A stretch of 64,000 bases of DNA from Tubiluchus corallicola (taxonomy: Eukaryota > Animalia > Priapulida): the NCBI GenBank assembly GCA_030141605.1, contig JAQGDQ010000272.1, positions 186,001-250,000 of the forward strand, in the 5' to 3' direction. Positions 1 to 13,810 of this stretch are shown here, in pieces (positions within the stretch are counted from its first letter, which is position 1; each line of letters starts with the position of its first letter). A program made the translations under genes and the position numbers. Below the pieces are notes generated by a model, which ran no database searches, was not told the DNA's origin, and saw only the letters and a list, made by a program, of their open reading frames with translations.

Positions 1-2650
1 TTGTGTTTCACTATCTTAGGTAAGTTTTGATCAGGTGCTGCATGCCTAATGTGCTTGCAAAGATTCTGAATAGTGCCAAGATTAGCAAAATGGCAAAAAT
101 ACTTCATGACTTTGACTTTTAAACTAGCAACGACTTTCCGCTTCTTTATGACATGCTATTCTTAAGCACTTTGTATTACGGAATTCTTTGTGAATTTCAC
201 TGAACACAAATAAAATAATTTTGCATAGCTTAATAAGTGTGAGTGGTTTTAGTGCTGACTGGTTGTTGCTTTTGAGATAAACATGGTTTCTTTGCCAACC
301 TCTCTAAAAGCAAAACCGGACCCAATCTTAAGCTGTAGGTCAAAACAATCTACTCTAAAATAATGAAGTAATCATTATTTTTTCAAAAATGACTTACATA
401 AAAGAATTATTACCACACAAACACAGTTTCACGTTCGTACCTCTAGTTCTTTGTTGTTACATGCATTTCCCCATTTGCCAGTTAGACGGGCATTAGCGCC
501 TGCATTTCGGAAAGTATTGTACAAAAAGCAGGTGCTGTACCTCTCAGTTCAGATGTGTCAGTTTGTGACGAACTGCACACGTTTTACAGCTCATGCATGA
601 GCACAGCTGTAAATTTTAATTTAAATTTTTATCTTTAAACTTGCCTAGTTTTAATACAACACACTGAATATCTTACAGCAGCAATGTACTTTAATTTTCG
701 CTTTTGTAAACATGTGCAACACACCGTTGGAATAATTTTGCTGTTGAAAATTATGTTAGTTTGTGATGTCACCAATAGTTGGGCTCACCCGCCATTAATT
801 AAGTTTTTAATCTATTATTTAATTATCAGAAACGCTTTTGTAGTATTACTGATGCGAAAATGTGCACTTTTTACCATACTTGAAAATATGGTAGTATATG
901 AAAAATCATCCTTTAAATAAGCGTAAAAAATCCTCTTGTATCAGTTACAAGCTGCAGAACATGTGTTAACAGTTCCACTTGACAATAAATCCTCACTCAG
1001 CGGCTCCCTGTTTGACGAAATTGTCTCAAGGCCTGCCCCAGGGCTTGGCTTTGACTATGCTGTGTTGAACCGTTAAGTGCTTAGCTAGTGCTTCAACATT
1101 AATAAAAGAAACTGCTAGCTAGGTATTGGTAAAACAAGTATGTGGCTTCAAGCAAGTGGAAAGAAACTAATCTGTAGAAATATGATTAAAAATCACAAAA
1201 TGTTTAATCTGTATGTATTAACTGGCACTAATTTTGCCTCTTGGAACATTTCTTTTACATTAGTTTTTATGGTTTCATTAAACAATGTTCCCTTACCATT
1301 GCGTTCTGCTGGAACACATTAGCATCATTAAGGAAGGACTTGCCACATAAAATTTCAAAATTGAAAGTCGCACGATTAGTGTATTTTAGTGGTGAATTAT
1401 TTTAAGCAAGTTTATATAATATTGCGTGAAGTTTGAGAAAATAATCAGAGCATTTGTAGCTCACACTTCACTAATTAAATAAAAGTATAAAATTAGTTGT
1501 CTTGTCAATAAGACCAATAAGATGTTTTTGTAAACTGACGTTTGCGCGAACATTTTGAATTATCAAGAATTTTCTTTTTCAATTACATAAGTCTTTCAAA
1601 CACTTTTTTGAGACATACTTTTAAAATTCTTTTTCTTCTAATTAATCCTTTAGACTGAGGACACAACTGACATTTAACTACATTCGTGCAGTACACCAGC
1701 CAGCCTTCAACTAAATAAACAGAATTGATCGAACAGCATGTAGAAGTGTCCAAAAGCAATTTTCTTGGAAGTCACTTTTCCATTTACTAACCGAGCTTGA
1801 TGCTGCTTAACTTCAATCGCTAAGCATGCACCATTAAGTACACTGCTCAATGCGTGATTGCCATTTCATATTCTGTTGCAAACAAAGTGTTGTGTCCAAA
1901 TGTTTTGCATAATGTTTGAAGCTAAGGATCATTACAACTTCCTTTCCACAGTTTCGCTACACACACGCGCACTGTTGCGCCGTTGCTGTAGGTCAAAGGT
2001 TAAGTGTATCACAGCAATACGTCTTAACTACAACTGTCACGTAAAAGCAAAGCTGTCCGCTGCATCAGCTCAGTTGTTTTACTTGGACTTTACTTAATTA
2101 TGCATTAGTCTGTGCACAGAGTGATTTGCTAGCAGGATCTTGCATGGGTACAAGAAAAAATGAACTAGGTAAGGTTGTAGCTAGCTGTTAAAACTGTTAC
2201 TATTACAACAGCATGGGCTGCGAGGCGTCGTCAAGTGTACACAAATGTGTTGCCTGGTGCACTTAACCTTTGATGTTTTCACGATCAGCATCAATTGCTG
2301 GAACTGTGAAAAGGCATACTAGATCTCAACTTTGAATTTTGCCCTGTTCGTTCTTCCGTAAACCTATACTGTTTTTTATACTGCAAAATCTAAAGTTTCA
2401 CGATTGCATTTCATTTTGCTTTAGATTTCGTAGTGATAAGCGCCAGCTACCTGTTTTGTGGCATCAGAGTCTACTAAGCTTTGCACAGCGATATAAAGAG
2501 GACATATCCAGTGAGCAAAAAGAATCACTTCTCGAATTGTTACATCACCAGTCTCACGAACTCATAACCCCGGAAATTCGCCGGGAACTGACGCATTCGA
2601 AGTCTAGAGGCGAAGAGGCAACATCGGTGGAGGCTATGCAACAAGTCTAA
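1..2650 (+). CDS. BYSL: Bystin (Enp1, 40S ribosome biogenesis factor), last two exons: 1-19 (partial) and 2425-2650
   Basis: Exon end VFHYL-AG|gtaagt at 19/20 joins tttag|A at 2424/2425 in phase, giving [45 protein letters not shown]...ITPEIRREL, the conserved bystin C-terminus. Stop at 2648-2650; AATAAA at 2837-2842. Confidence 0.92.
305..918. mobile_element. Non-autonomous DNA transposon (Kolobok-like ends), copy 1, in bystin intron
   Basis: Colinear similarity along its length with 45279-46283 (e.g. aaacc(g/a)gac..aatcttaa.ct.tag.tcaaaacaatctac; tattatttaattatcagaaacgcttt; gaaaaatca). Both copies end in cctttaaa/ccttttaaa. Confidence 0.6.
1764..1820 (-). mobile_element. Degenerate 5S rRNA-derived SINE head fragment
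   Basis: gtcacttttccatttactaaccgagcttgatgctgcttaacttc resembles the reverse complement of the 5S internal control region (GAAGCTAAGCAGGGTCGGGCCTGGTTAGTACTTGGATGGGAGACC). A related plus-strand copy lies at 39478-39530. Confidence 0.45.
1994..2273. mobile_element. Small MITE with terminal inverted repeats
   Basis: tcaaaggttaagtgtatcacagcaatac (from 1994) is an imperfect reverse complement of gtgttgcctggtgcacttaacctttga (to 2273). Confidence 0.5.
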
Positions 2651-3147
2651 TTGTTGTACTCAAAATCAAGATTTTATTAAGAAGTCCATCACTTGGAATA
2701 ATCGGTGTTTTATAAACATTTTAATGTTCTGAATGCTGGAGCTAATAGCACAGCTCATACAGTGAATGTTCAATGTTTGCTGTTGCTTGGAACTTTTGGT
2801 CTTTAAACAAGACTGTTTCAGTGTACATACATACAAAATAAAAGTGTAAACTAAAATTGTAGTTACTTGTGTTTGAGTCACGCAGTTTTATTACTATTAT
2901 GTTTTCTTGTTCTTCTTCTTTTCTTGCCTTAGACCATTTTTCTTATGTGAAACCTTAAACCTTCTTGCTTTTCTGATTTGCAACAAAAGCTTATCATTGA
3001 TTTTTAGCAAGGAATTGAGTTTTTGTAATCCGTCTGCTTGCCTAGTGTAATGCTTAAACTAGGCTTAATCACATTCTAATCCTTAAATTTGCAATGCAGT
3101 TTAAAATAATGAATCAAAGAATGGAGAAATCTAAGCTTGATTATTGT

Positions 3148-4620
3148 TGTCACGTAATTCCGTTATTAGCACAACCCTGCTCTGATCACGTTATATCAAG
3201 GCATGAGTGTTTGTAAGATCAGTTTGCCCAGTAAGAACATCAGGTTATGTGCTTAGCTGCATCATTTCGTTTGGAGCAAACTCTCTCAAGTTGGTTGTCC
3301 AACAGGTTGCTCTTGAACAGATTTTTAATTTTATGCCCCCGGAAATGTCCATTCATTTGCATATTGTTGAACAGGGCAGCTATGAACATATGTCCCAAGC
3401 GCCGCAGTTGTGCTTTATTAGGGGGGTGCATACCAGTGTTTATGGTGTGTTGTACCACGTTAGTTCTACCCAAATCAGTAGGTGAACTAGAAAAGAGGTG
3501 ATTGTTCCGCAATAAAAATTCATGTAGCCGTTTGTATTGCGTATTCGATCATTTTTTCCCACTATTTTCCAACAAAAGTCGAACAGGTGCCGACAACTGG
3601 TTTTGTTTTACTTGCTTGCGCGCGGTACGAAAGCCTTTTGAACTAGTTTCGCGTAAAACCGAAACAGAAAAGGTTCTTTTATCCCCTTTACTGGTTCCCA
3701 CATTCCAATTAATTCACCAGCGCATAAAGTAACTTCTTTATTAGAGATATTAGCCAAAAGAATTTTTACCGTTTTTGAGCCAGGAGAAACCGTAACTTTG
3801 CCAATGAGAATGCCATTTCGTAAATTAAGTTTATCATGCACTCGTTAACTCATACCAGTAGTGTACAGTAATGGGAACAAAAGCTGTACCTTCAATTACC
3901 GTTTCTGAAACAGGGGTACTCGTTTCGCGTTTAAGATTTTAGTGTTTCCATCAGCCAGTGGAAAAATTTTTAAACGGCGACCGTCAGGAAAAACTAGGTC
4001 GTTTTAGCAGTATCTTGGCTAACGTGGTGTGCCCTTGACCAATCTAGACCAAGGACACAATTATCGTCCACTAACTCATCAGACAGCCAAGCCGGTACAG
4101 TACCTGTCGAGCTACTTTTATTGTTTTTATCTCAAAGTTGCAACGAGATTTTGTGAGGGCAAATTAAAGAAATTTCTGAGCCGTTTGCTTCAAAGGCTTT
4201 TTCTTTATTAAGCGAAAATTCTTTGTCTACACTTAATGAAACGAAGCTCTTTTTAACAATGGTAATTGTCGCACCCGAATCGATCAGTATTCGACATTCA
4301 CAACCATTTATTACACCTGGCATGTACAACCCTAAAGCAGGCTGTTTATGTGCATTTCTATCTCGAACTTTAACTGGTATACGAGCTTGTTTACGCCTAA
4401 ACTATCGCCTTTTCTTTCAATGTAGACGGTTAATTTTCGCGATTGTGCGGAAAGTGCGGTTTGCACCTGTGCGGTCGGTGCGGTAACGCCTATGGAGACG
4501 GTGGGCTGTCTCCGTTTCTTGCTACCCGCTACTGAAAACGTGACTGAGTACCTTGAGAACTGACTTTGCTTGAATTTTCATTTTGCAAAATTTGCGCCAT
4601 ATCCATATCTGTCTTAGGTG
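3148..4620 (-). mobile_element. Decayed, internally deleted Ty3/Gypsy LTR retrotransposon (protease followed by RT N-terminus)
   Basis: ORF 4132-4329 has retropepsin motif GVINGCECRILIDSGATITIV. ORF 3240-3512 has LFSSSPTDLGRTNVVQHTINTG, typical of the pre-RT region. Many frameshifts; the minus strand ends ...GTGACA at ~3148, like an LTR end. Confidence 0.8.
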
Positions 4621-6689
4621 CTACCATTCTCGGACTTTGAACGCCTGTTTGTAAACTTTGCCCATAAATGGTTGTCTAAGAGAAGCCATGAAGCTTGGTT
4701 GCCAAAGCTGATCATTATTCGTGTAAGACTTTATTATTCTTGGAGGTGGTGAAAATTGTCGCCAAGAATTCCTATAACCAGTGTACGGGGGGAAATTGCC
4801 GCTGCTGATTAGACCTAGGGCCCAATACTGCCCGATTCGAACGGGTTTGAACAACCTTACTGGAGGCGGGAGGCGTCGAGCATTGTCTAGCAAAATGTCC
4901 CCCCCCATGGGGCCTCACACGCCCCACTTCCCCTGGGCCTCTCTTAGGCTGAAATAGGCCCTGGTGGTGTCATGTAAGTGCCGCTTGTTTTGAGCAGGCA
5001 ACAAGAAAGTGTTTTCTGCTAAATTTTTTGTCTGAATAATGTTAACTGCTAAAGTTTAGTAAGTACAAGAATGCCTAGAAAGTTAGTGTTGGCTACTACA
5101 AATCGAGTTGCGATTTAGTAAAAGAAAAGGTAACTTATTGCTTAGATTTTCTTTAACGTTGTTTAGGATTACTGTAGTACTGATAGTGCATGTCTGTCCA
5201 TGAGTAATTATTCTATACGATATACGTAGTAGACTTTGCTTAAATTGTCATTTCACAACACGCGCTACCTACACGAAGACTCATACCTAGAACATTGAAG
5301 TTAAGAGCAGTGCCATTTTGTTGAAGAGAAATGAACATGATTGGTTTAATATCGGCGTCATACGGTCATTGATGACATAACAGGATGCCAGGCAACGATG
5401 TCTCCTAGCTCGATATAACAAACGAAATAATCATATCCCATAACAACGCTCTCACAGATGTGTCTCTTACTTCCAAAAGACTGGACGTGATTATCTTTTC
5501 TTGAGACTCATCTTTTGCGCAAGTGACTTTTTAAAGCTTTTTTTCATTGCCTTTTTCCAGTGAAGTATGCTTGAACAACACCAAAGACTATACTTTTCGG
5601 TGCTTCTCGCACTGGTTTCTTTGAATTCCGTTTTATTCTGTTTCTTTGAGTAAGTAATTTTCGTCTTGTCTTGTATTAGGTTTTACTGGTGACAGATACC
5701 AGCATTATTTCATTTCTTTTTCATTTAGATTTTCATTTTAAATTGACGTATCCGATTTTTTTGGATATTTCGTTCTGTTTTATGAGCTGTTTTGTCACTT
5801 TTGTGGCAGTCTGCTACAGCTAAAGGCAGGCTTCCTTATGAACTGACTTCCAATCACATTTCATTTGTGCCGAGTGAGTTAAGACTTTAGTTGAGTTGAG
5901 GACCAAGTTGAATTTTCAGTGAGTTGAGGACCAAGTTGAATTTTTAGTTGAGTTGCAGTTGGGGTGAATTGCATCATGAATTTCTGACATCACTTCTGTT
6001 GCCAGTCGGTGAGTTGAGCGTTTATACGTATTGAAACATTTGATTGTTCAGTAACTGGTTTGATTGCTCAATATTTGATTTAACAGACAATATTGATCTA
6101 CTAGCAGTGGAATATAGAAAAATTTTACACCATGTCCTTCAAATTCCAAGGACTTCTCGTTGTAGTGTGACAACATGCTGATACGTATATCCTCTAACAA
6201 AGATAATTGTTAAACCCACTCTGAATCTCTCGAAATCTCTTGATAACTCGAATAATCAACTCTTGAGTGCATTTGAGCTCATTTGCGCTGAGTAGATAGA
6301 TGTGGATCTGAGCTCATTTGATCTGAGTGGACAGATGTGCGGATTTGAGCTCAATTGGTCTATGTGGACGGATGTGTGGGTTTGATCTGAGGGTTGTATT
6401 CAACTGAGCTGAGTTTTGAGTTGAGTTAAACTGACTTAGGGTATTAAGACGTGTTAAGAACTGAGCTGAACAGATCTTGAGTGCTGAGGAGTGACTTTGC
6501 CTGAGTTTTGTTAAAGCTTATATTAAGCGATTTGAATTTGGGATTAAACTACGTGCTGAGGGTTGAGTTTGCCATACTTGAAAAATGGACTGAGTTTGCT
6601 GGTGAATTGAGTCGACTTGGTTTGACAACTAAGTTAAGCTGATAGCCGAGACGAGAGGAGGAAGCGGCGACTGGTATCCTGAGATGTGT

Positions 6690-7000
6690 GTCATCATCAT
6701 CGTCATCATTGCCATCGTCGTCGTCGTCGTCGTTGTCGTCATCACCATCATAATGATGATGATGATGATGGTGACGATGACGATGATGATGATGATAATG
6801 CTGATGATGATGATGATAATGATGGTGATGACGACGATGATGATGATGGTGGTGACGATGATCATGATGATGGTCATAATGCTGATAATGATGATGGTGA
6901 TGATGATGATGATGATGATGACGACGATGACGATGGTTATGATGATGATGACGATGATGATGATAATGATAATAAAAATAAGCATCGTTATCATCAGCAT
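6690..7000. repeat. (CAT/CGT)n followed by (GAT/GAC)n trinucleotide microsatellite
   Basis: Directly visible. It explains the poly-D, poly-H, poly-M and poly-I ORFs in four frames. Confidence 0.95.
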
Positions 7001-7502
7001 TACTCGAGATGAGCTGAGAGAAATAGTTGCTGGTTGAGAACTGATGTGGAAGTGAGTTATGGATTGAAGAACTGATTACATTGGTCTGAGAACTAAATTG
7101 GATTGATATCTGCTGTACTGAAGCCAAGTCGAGCTTAGAGTTTAGAGATATTAATCTTATTTGGAACTGGAAGCTCATTAAAAATCTGCCATTATATGAT
7201 TTGACAACTAGAAGCGGGCAAATATGTTGTTGTCATGCGGCAAACTACGTCATTGTATTGACTGCATCATTCTTAGCCACTGGCTTCAAAGTTAATGTTA
7301 TTAATCAGTAGTTTGTAATTATAGATCATGTTTATTATAGCGATTGTGGTTTGGATTTCAGTATTTCATATTATGTGAAGACCATATCCATCGGAATTCC
7401 AATAACGGGAGCTTTTCTTCTTTTGGCAACAATTTTCACGTTTCTATTAAGCGGCATCGGAGATGGTAAGGGCACCGGCTGCAATAGCCTTATATTCAAT
7501 TA

Positions 7503-7788
7503 CAACATGGGTAAAAATATCAAACATTTTACAATTTAACAACATTGCGGGTTTTGAAAGATAAGATTAAAAAAAGTTAGAGTGGCACGTACAGTGGTAA
7601 CACACCACAAACGCTTGAGCAGAGAAAATTTCGTAGTAAAGTATAATAGGTTTTTCAATTTCTGTTGAACATCACCGGAAATAGGTTCTTCACGTTTCTG
7701 TTAAACATCACCGGAGATGAACGTACGACATGGGTAAAAATATCAAACATTTTACAATTTAACAATATTGCGGGTCTTGAAAGATAAG
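7503..7788 (+). repeat. ~60 bp direct duplication
   Basis: catgggtaaaaatatcaaacattttacaatttaacaa(c/t)attgcggg.(t/c)ttgaaagataag at ~7506 and ~7729. Confidence 0.85.
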
Positions 7789-8671
7789 CAAAGTTGGTAA
7801 TAAAGTACAATTAGGTTCGTAAAGTGAATTTGCTTGTGGTCAATAAGCACTGTATACTCCCATTTCAAATTTATAGAACCGCTAATAAAAGTAAATTCTT
7901 TTACAATTTTCAAATGCAGTCTGATAATTAAGTTCGTAATGCGAATTTGCTTATTTTAGAGAGATTAGTATTGTGTACTGCCAATGCAGATTTATATTTT
8001 ATTTTTTTGTGTATTAATTAAATATTTGCTATTCGTCTTGTGTTTTATCTTCTTCATATACACAGTCTTTTGTATAATTGCAGAAGACCGTACGTATTCG
8101 ACAAATGCAAAAAGACCCTACGTTTCTTTCGGTTTCGTCTGGCTCTGTCAGTTGTTTTCATTTGCTTGTGCATCCGGACGCACTATGTCCGGACGCATCC
8201 GGAAGTACTATGAATACACGTAGCTTGCCATGTATGTCTTCCAGGTGCTTAATGTGTGTAATCAAAGCAGGCGATTTCATGGTATAAAACAGAATTGAAT
8301 TATGAACTACGAATTTATTCCACAGCAAATCATACATATAAACATACACACAAATTGTAATTACATTATAGGAATTAATGTATTATTATTACATTATGCT
8401 TTCGAGCCCACCTCCAGATAAGTGGAACAATCGACATTACATAGTATTTTCATCAGTTATAACGTACATTAGAACAAAATAGGTTTTGTTAGTAACTTAA
8501 GATCAGGATGAGTAAAACTGCGAGTTAATTATACCGTGGTAGTTAATAATTCTTTTATGCTTTTTTTAAACTGATAAAGACTAAGAGTTAATTTCACATG
8601 GAATTGATTACCATATTTTAACAGCATTATGTTTTGATGACTGTTTCATTATATTTGTTTTTGGAAGAGGG

Positions 8672-9738
8672 CAGGGGCGTCGTGCACGAAAAAAATTAGG
8701 GGGGGGGGGCGACTGTATATAATGGCGGAACGTATAATTTTGAAAAAAATAAACAGCATTTTGCGTGCAAGAAAAACGATTTATTTATTCCCAACTGGCA
8801 TTTAACTTAAAGCTATAGCAACGGAAACTTAATTAAAATTAAAAAATCTAAAAAATCTTCGTGCACGCCTCCACTTTTATCGACATAACGGAGAGAGTTG
8901 ATCTTGCTTGCTCGTGTGTGGTGTAGTGTCCAAGCTCACGGCGAAATACTTGGCTGCCTTTACGTCCTTGATAATTCCAGAACGGATCACATCAGCGCTG
9001 CACTTAATCAAATCGTTCTGAGAACTGGGAGACATGTAGCTGGGGTATCCCTTTGGATTGGCACTTGATTTGGCGAGGTGTGTAGCCAGGTCAGGGTTCC
9101 ATCGAAGAGGAGAAGTGTGATCTCCATGAACACTCCTTTATTGTCAGAATCTTCAGACTCGTCGTGACCGCGGAATGGTAATCGGAGTTTTGCTAGCGTC
9201 TTAGTAACATCCACAAGTATAGGGAGAATGTCGTGTCGTCTCTGCCGATCAGAGTCGCCCAACTCCAAGAGCCTCTTCCTCTCTGCATCTAATACTGCAT
9301 CGATGGGGGGTTTAGTCAAAAATGCTGGCCAAGACTGCATGCAGGCTTGATGCTCCGCAGATTTAGAGTGTTTGTCGAATCCTTATTACTTTCCAACGCT
9401 CGATGCCAATTTCTGAATCCTGTCTTTTGAAACGTCACGTCGTAAGTCGATGCACCAAACACACGACACGGGAAACAGAATGCAGCATCAATATCCTTTA
9501 CGTATTTCAACCAGGACCTATCGTTGAACCACTGACCCTGAAATGATCTCGATTTTCCTACCATTTTGGTCTTTGGGTATGCATCCACTACGTCCCGCAA
9601 TGGCCCGCGACGGATGTACTCATCCTTTTGTATTCGTTCTGTTGGAATCGACGTTACAGTAGATACAGACACCATAGAACCTGGGTCGGGAACACGGTTG
9701 GACTTGAAAAATGAAGTCAGATTGGACTGCCTTGACAT
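8672..9738 (-). mobile_element. hAT transposon remnant (ZMYM1-like/DUF4371 transposase, frameshifted and truncated)
   Basis: TTF zinc finger RSFQGQWFNDRSWLKY...AAFCFPCRVF...GFRNW; LPFRGHDESEDSDNKGVF; a third frame reads YMSPSSQNDLI...YFAVSLDTTP (first catalytic Asp) and breaks off at ~8870. CAGGGGCGT terminus at 8672. Confidence 0.88.
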
Positions 9739-9925
9739 CGTTTAAGAAATATAGCTAAAATCGCAGTGAAAACTAGCAAAGATTCTCCTAGCAGGAGAAA
9801 AATGATGAAATGTGCTCAAAATCACGACCTTTTATGCAGCAAACTCGTGGGAAAGAGTCGCTAAGGAGTAGCAAAGAGTTGGTAATGTCCAATCAGGAGG
9901 TGGCTCATCAATTTGTATCTCCCAA

Positions 9926-10016
9926 ACCGACTCTCTAGTACTAGGCTAGCTGGACAAACTGACTCTCTGGTACTAGGCTAGCTGGACAGACTGACTCTCT
10001 GGTACTAGACTAGCTC
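9926..10016. repeat. ~32 bp tandem repeat x3
   Basis: gactctct(a/g)gtactaggctagctggaca(a/g)act repeated. Confidence 0.85.
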
Positions 10017-13000
10017 AACATGACTTCAATGTTTGCATTGTTTTTGTTCTATTATTTCACTTATATTGTGTTTTTAATTGTAAATTCATTTTATTGCATA
10101 AGACTATTGCTCACAGCAGTGGAAACACTCGTTGTACTATGAGTTTTTGAATGTGTACCTTACCGCTCAATGACGTGTAATTTTTATAGCAAGTATACAT
10201 ATCTACCCGAAAGGTATACCCTACCAGCAGAGCCAGACGTGCTTAATCGAGCTAAAGCTCGGTCGACCAAATTAAAAATGTCTGACCTGTTATAACTTCA
10301 GGTAGTACGATTCACGTTTTTGAATTGTAGTAAAATCCTTTGAGGTATGTTTCTGCCAGCTACAGCGCTCATTGTGAAAAAGGCGTTGTGAATAAGACAT
10401 TGGTTATTTGTCCAAATATCGTTTAAAAGAGAATTCAACTCTGGTTAGTGTTTAACTAAAAAACTGTTTAATTTTTACAGGAGATGCTACTGCTACCTGA
10501 GACATGACAATTGGTTTGCTCAATGGCGTAGAAAGAGAAGACAGGTGATAATTTTTGTAGAACGTTTCGTTTCATATTTTGCAAAGATCAAAAAAAAGTA
10601 TTTTGTTCCTAGCGGTGACAATGCCAACGATGTTAGGCTAGCAATGACGACACAAGCGTTTAAACTTTTAACTCCACAGACCAGTGCCTACTGCAATAGG
10701 CTAAAAATGCCACTTATATCTGTGCTGAGCCAAATAGGAAACAAAAGAATTCATTAACCTCCTTCGTACTCATCGCCGTCAATGATGTGCAATGTTGTCA
10801 TGACGAGGCAGGGTTATATTGTGGAGGAAGCAACACTCCACTGTACCAGAATTAACAAAAGCAGGACAGATTTACGTATCGTGGATGCCTAAGCTCTACA
10901 ACGGGAGTTTTGCGAGGCTGCCGGCAGTTAAAACTCTGCCTTCCCACTGTTTTTTACTTTATTAACTAATACAGTATAACAAACAGTGTTGAATGTACAT
11001 ATATGAATATAGATCAAAAACCAATTAATTTACATGAATGTTTAGACTTACGATGCAGCTAATCTGGAAAATTTTGAGAAAATTTTGAGACATACAGTCA
11101 TCCACAAACACTGGGTGACGTCCAAATAAGGCCTGATGACGACACAAGAGTAGCTAGAAAATGAACATTCTTGCTTGCAGACTTCTGCATAACCCCCTTA
11201 ACTCACAATTTTTTTGTTTGGTGTCCTATTTGCTTTGGACGCTTCAATCTTTAGAGGTCTTCATCTTCACAAGAATTGAAGTAAAAGTCTAAGCTTAAAC
11301 GTGAAATTAACACGTACTCACGTGCAAAAGGTTAAAATGTCCTTTGGGTCTCAAAAATAATCTTTATTTTCTGCACAAGTTTTCATCCCTCGCGGACTTC
11401 AACAGCTACAGAAAGAAATACATAAGTAAGAATATGCCATAATGCTTTATAGAAAAAAACTAACCCACTTGTAACTGTGGAATAGTTAACGTAAAGGTAT
11501 TACGATTAGCATTACAGTTGTATTTAAACAACACTCAACACATATTCCGTGCAGCTGATGAAATGAATGAGGAAGAAAAAGACTATTTTTCAGGCTTGAG
11601 CAACATTTTGATCCTTTGTTCTTTTGTGACAATTGCAAGTTTCAGAAGAACACTAATTTATTTTCAAACACAAGTGTCTACATGTATTCCGAGATCGTGT
11701 ACGGGTTTCAACGTACGGGCTAGTTGTTGGGCAATGAGTTTGGCAAAGGCGGCTTATCCTGTAAGCCCTGTAGGGGAATATGGGGAATAATCCTTGCCGG
11801 TCTTTAATGCAACATCGATTACGCGGGAACATTTCGCATTAAAACGTGAAAATTTTGATTATGACCCATCAAAACATTTCACAGTACAAGTTTTTACTGA
11901 GGTTTACATAATGGAAGTTGAGAAAAACGCTCAATAGATGGCACAGGTGGGAAGCGGGCATTTTTTAGACTAGAAGATGTGTTTCGAAGGAAATGTAGCA
12001 AAATCGGTTTCAAAAAATCAAAAGAACTGTACTAATTTTATTGTGATGTTAAAAGTGAATATTTTACCGTCTAGTTTTGCTAAATTGTTGTCGCGCTATA
12101 TTGAAACGTTTCATAAAACTTTATTCGTTTTTCAAAAACTGCCAGTCATTAAACCTAGTGTCAGCCCAGGTTCACGTCAAATTAAGAGAGTTTTACTTTC
12201 GGCAGTGTAGATAACTATAATTAGTCATAAATTTTCTGCAAAGTTGCCGCTATGTGAGACGGCAACTTTTTAAATGCTGTTATTCATCCATGTAGCCCCA
12301 CAGATGTATGAGTTTTTTGTCGGCAATTTCCATTTTATTTTAATTCTTCTGTCAAGTTCTATAAATTTCAGTTTAATCAAATGATTAAATTGGGAAGGCG
12401 CCAGACGTGAGTTTGAATAAAAATGTTAGGTTAATACATGAAATTTGTAAAGTACGTGTTTGTACTATTTTCTTCTGAAGATGTATATTAATTTTGCAAT
12501 TTCTTTTCTAGATTGCTTATCTATCGCGGAAAGAACTGATACCGTATGATTTATTGAACGTGACCTACTGCTCCTTCCCCCTGGATGGATTTGATATACC
12601 GGATTTGGTTGTTTGTAAATAGTGTAAATAGTTTTTAATAAATTTTTTCCTATTTGAACTATTTGTAATTTTGCTGAACGTTACAGTTCTCCACTTATGC
12701 GTGCGTGAGTGTGTATGATTCACATATGTGTGTAAAATGCGTGCATGCGTTTGAAAACATTTAATCAGACACCAGGTGGAAAAGGCGATCAGACGACTGT
12801 GGTGGGGCAGCACTGTTGGCACATTTTGTGACGTTGCTGTATTGGCAATGTGTATTCTTTTTCTGTTTCTGTTCTACACAGTCTTGAATCAAACGTCTTA
12901 TGGGCTTGTTTAATGTTGTAAAATGAGATTTAAGAGGACAATAATACTGACAGTAAAAATTAGTCCTAAATTGTTGTATAATTACGTAATCGCCGTTTTA

Positions 13001-13810
13001 TTAGGAACGCGAGAACTAACTGATACATTACATTATTAGACTATAGGCTCACAACTTCTCTTTCTTAATGTGAACAACGCATAACGCTTTGCTTAAAAAA
13101 TCAATGTAAAATCTAGTACAATAGTTTAGTATAAAAAATTTCACGCTGGAAACAAGCAACGCGATGCAGTGCAATATTTTTCCCACATTAATTCACTATT
13201 GAATGAGTGCACTTCACTAAAGTAATTTACAAGCTGTATTTTAAAGGGAAACAAACTCAAAACCGGCATATTCGTTAGTTACACGTGAAGTCTTAAGGGT
13301 ATAGGCCTGGATCCGCCTCTTCTACTGCACTATAACAGAGGTCTCTAGTACATTTCAGTTTCTAAGCCCCTCTTCCTCTGAGGTCCTAATCAGGTGCTTA
13401 TTTCTCTTAATAGCAATGCTGGCAGTACGGTACAGTGCAAAAAATACCGTACTGCGTACCTTTAAAAACACTGTACCGTAATTCCGTACCGTACCTACAA
13501 AATCGAACCATAAAGTACTAGCACGATAAAATATCATAACGTAATTCCGTACCAAGTGCATGTAGGACCTACTACAAAAAGATAAAGATAAAGTTATTTT
13601 TTCTTAATAATTTTGTGGCAAACAGGATGAGTTACGGACATTAACTAGATTTTAATGGTTGTCTTAAATTACCATTTGCTCACTAGTGACAAATTTTTAA
13701 TGATGATTCAAATTTAGTGTCTTGCTTAAAACGTTTGTAACTATACCACGCAGGTTAGCATGTACGTCTTGAATTTCTTTCGTTGGCAAAACAAATCTGT
13801 AACTCAAATA

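Noticed and set aside
20-2424. Intronic snoRNA in the bystin intron
   Set aside because: No convincing C/D or H/ACA box arrangement; the hairpins seen are largely explained by MITE inverted repeats.
6549-7178. His-rich, Asp-rich and Ile/Met-rich ORFs
   Set aside because: All are translations of one trinucleotide microsatellite that is open in several frames; no domain or splice support.
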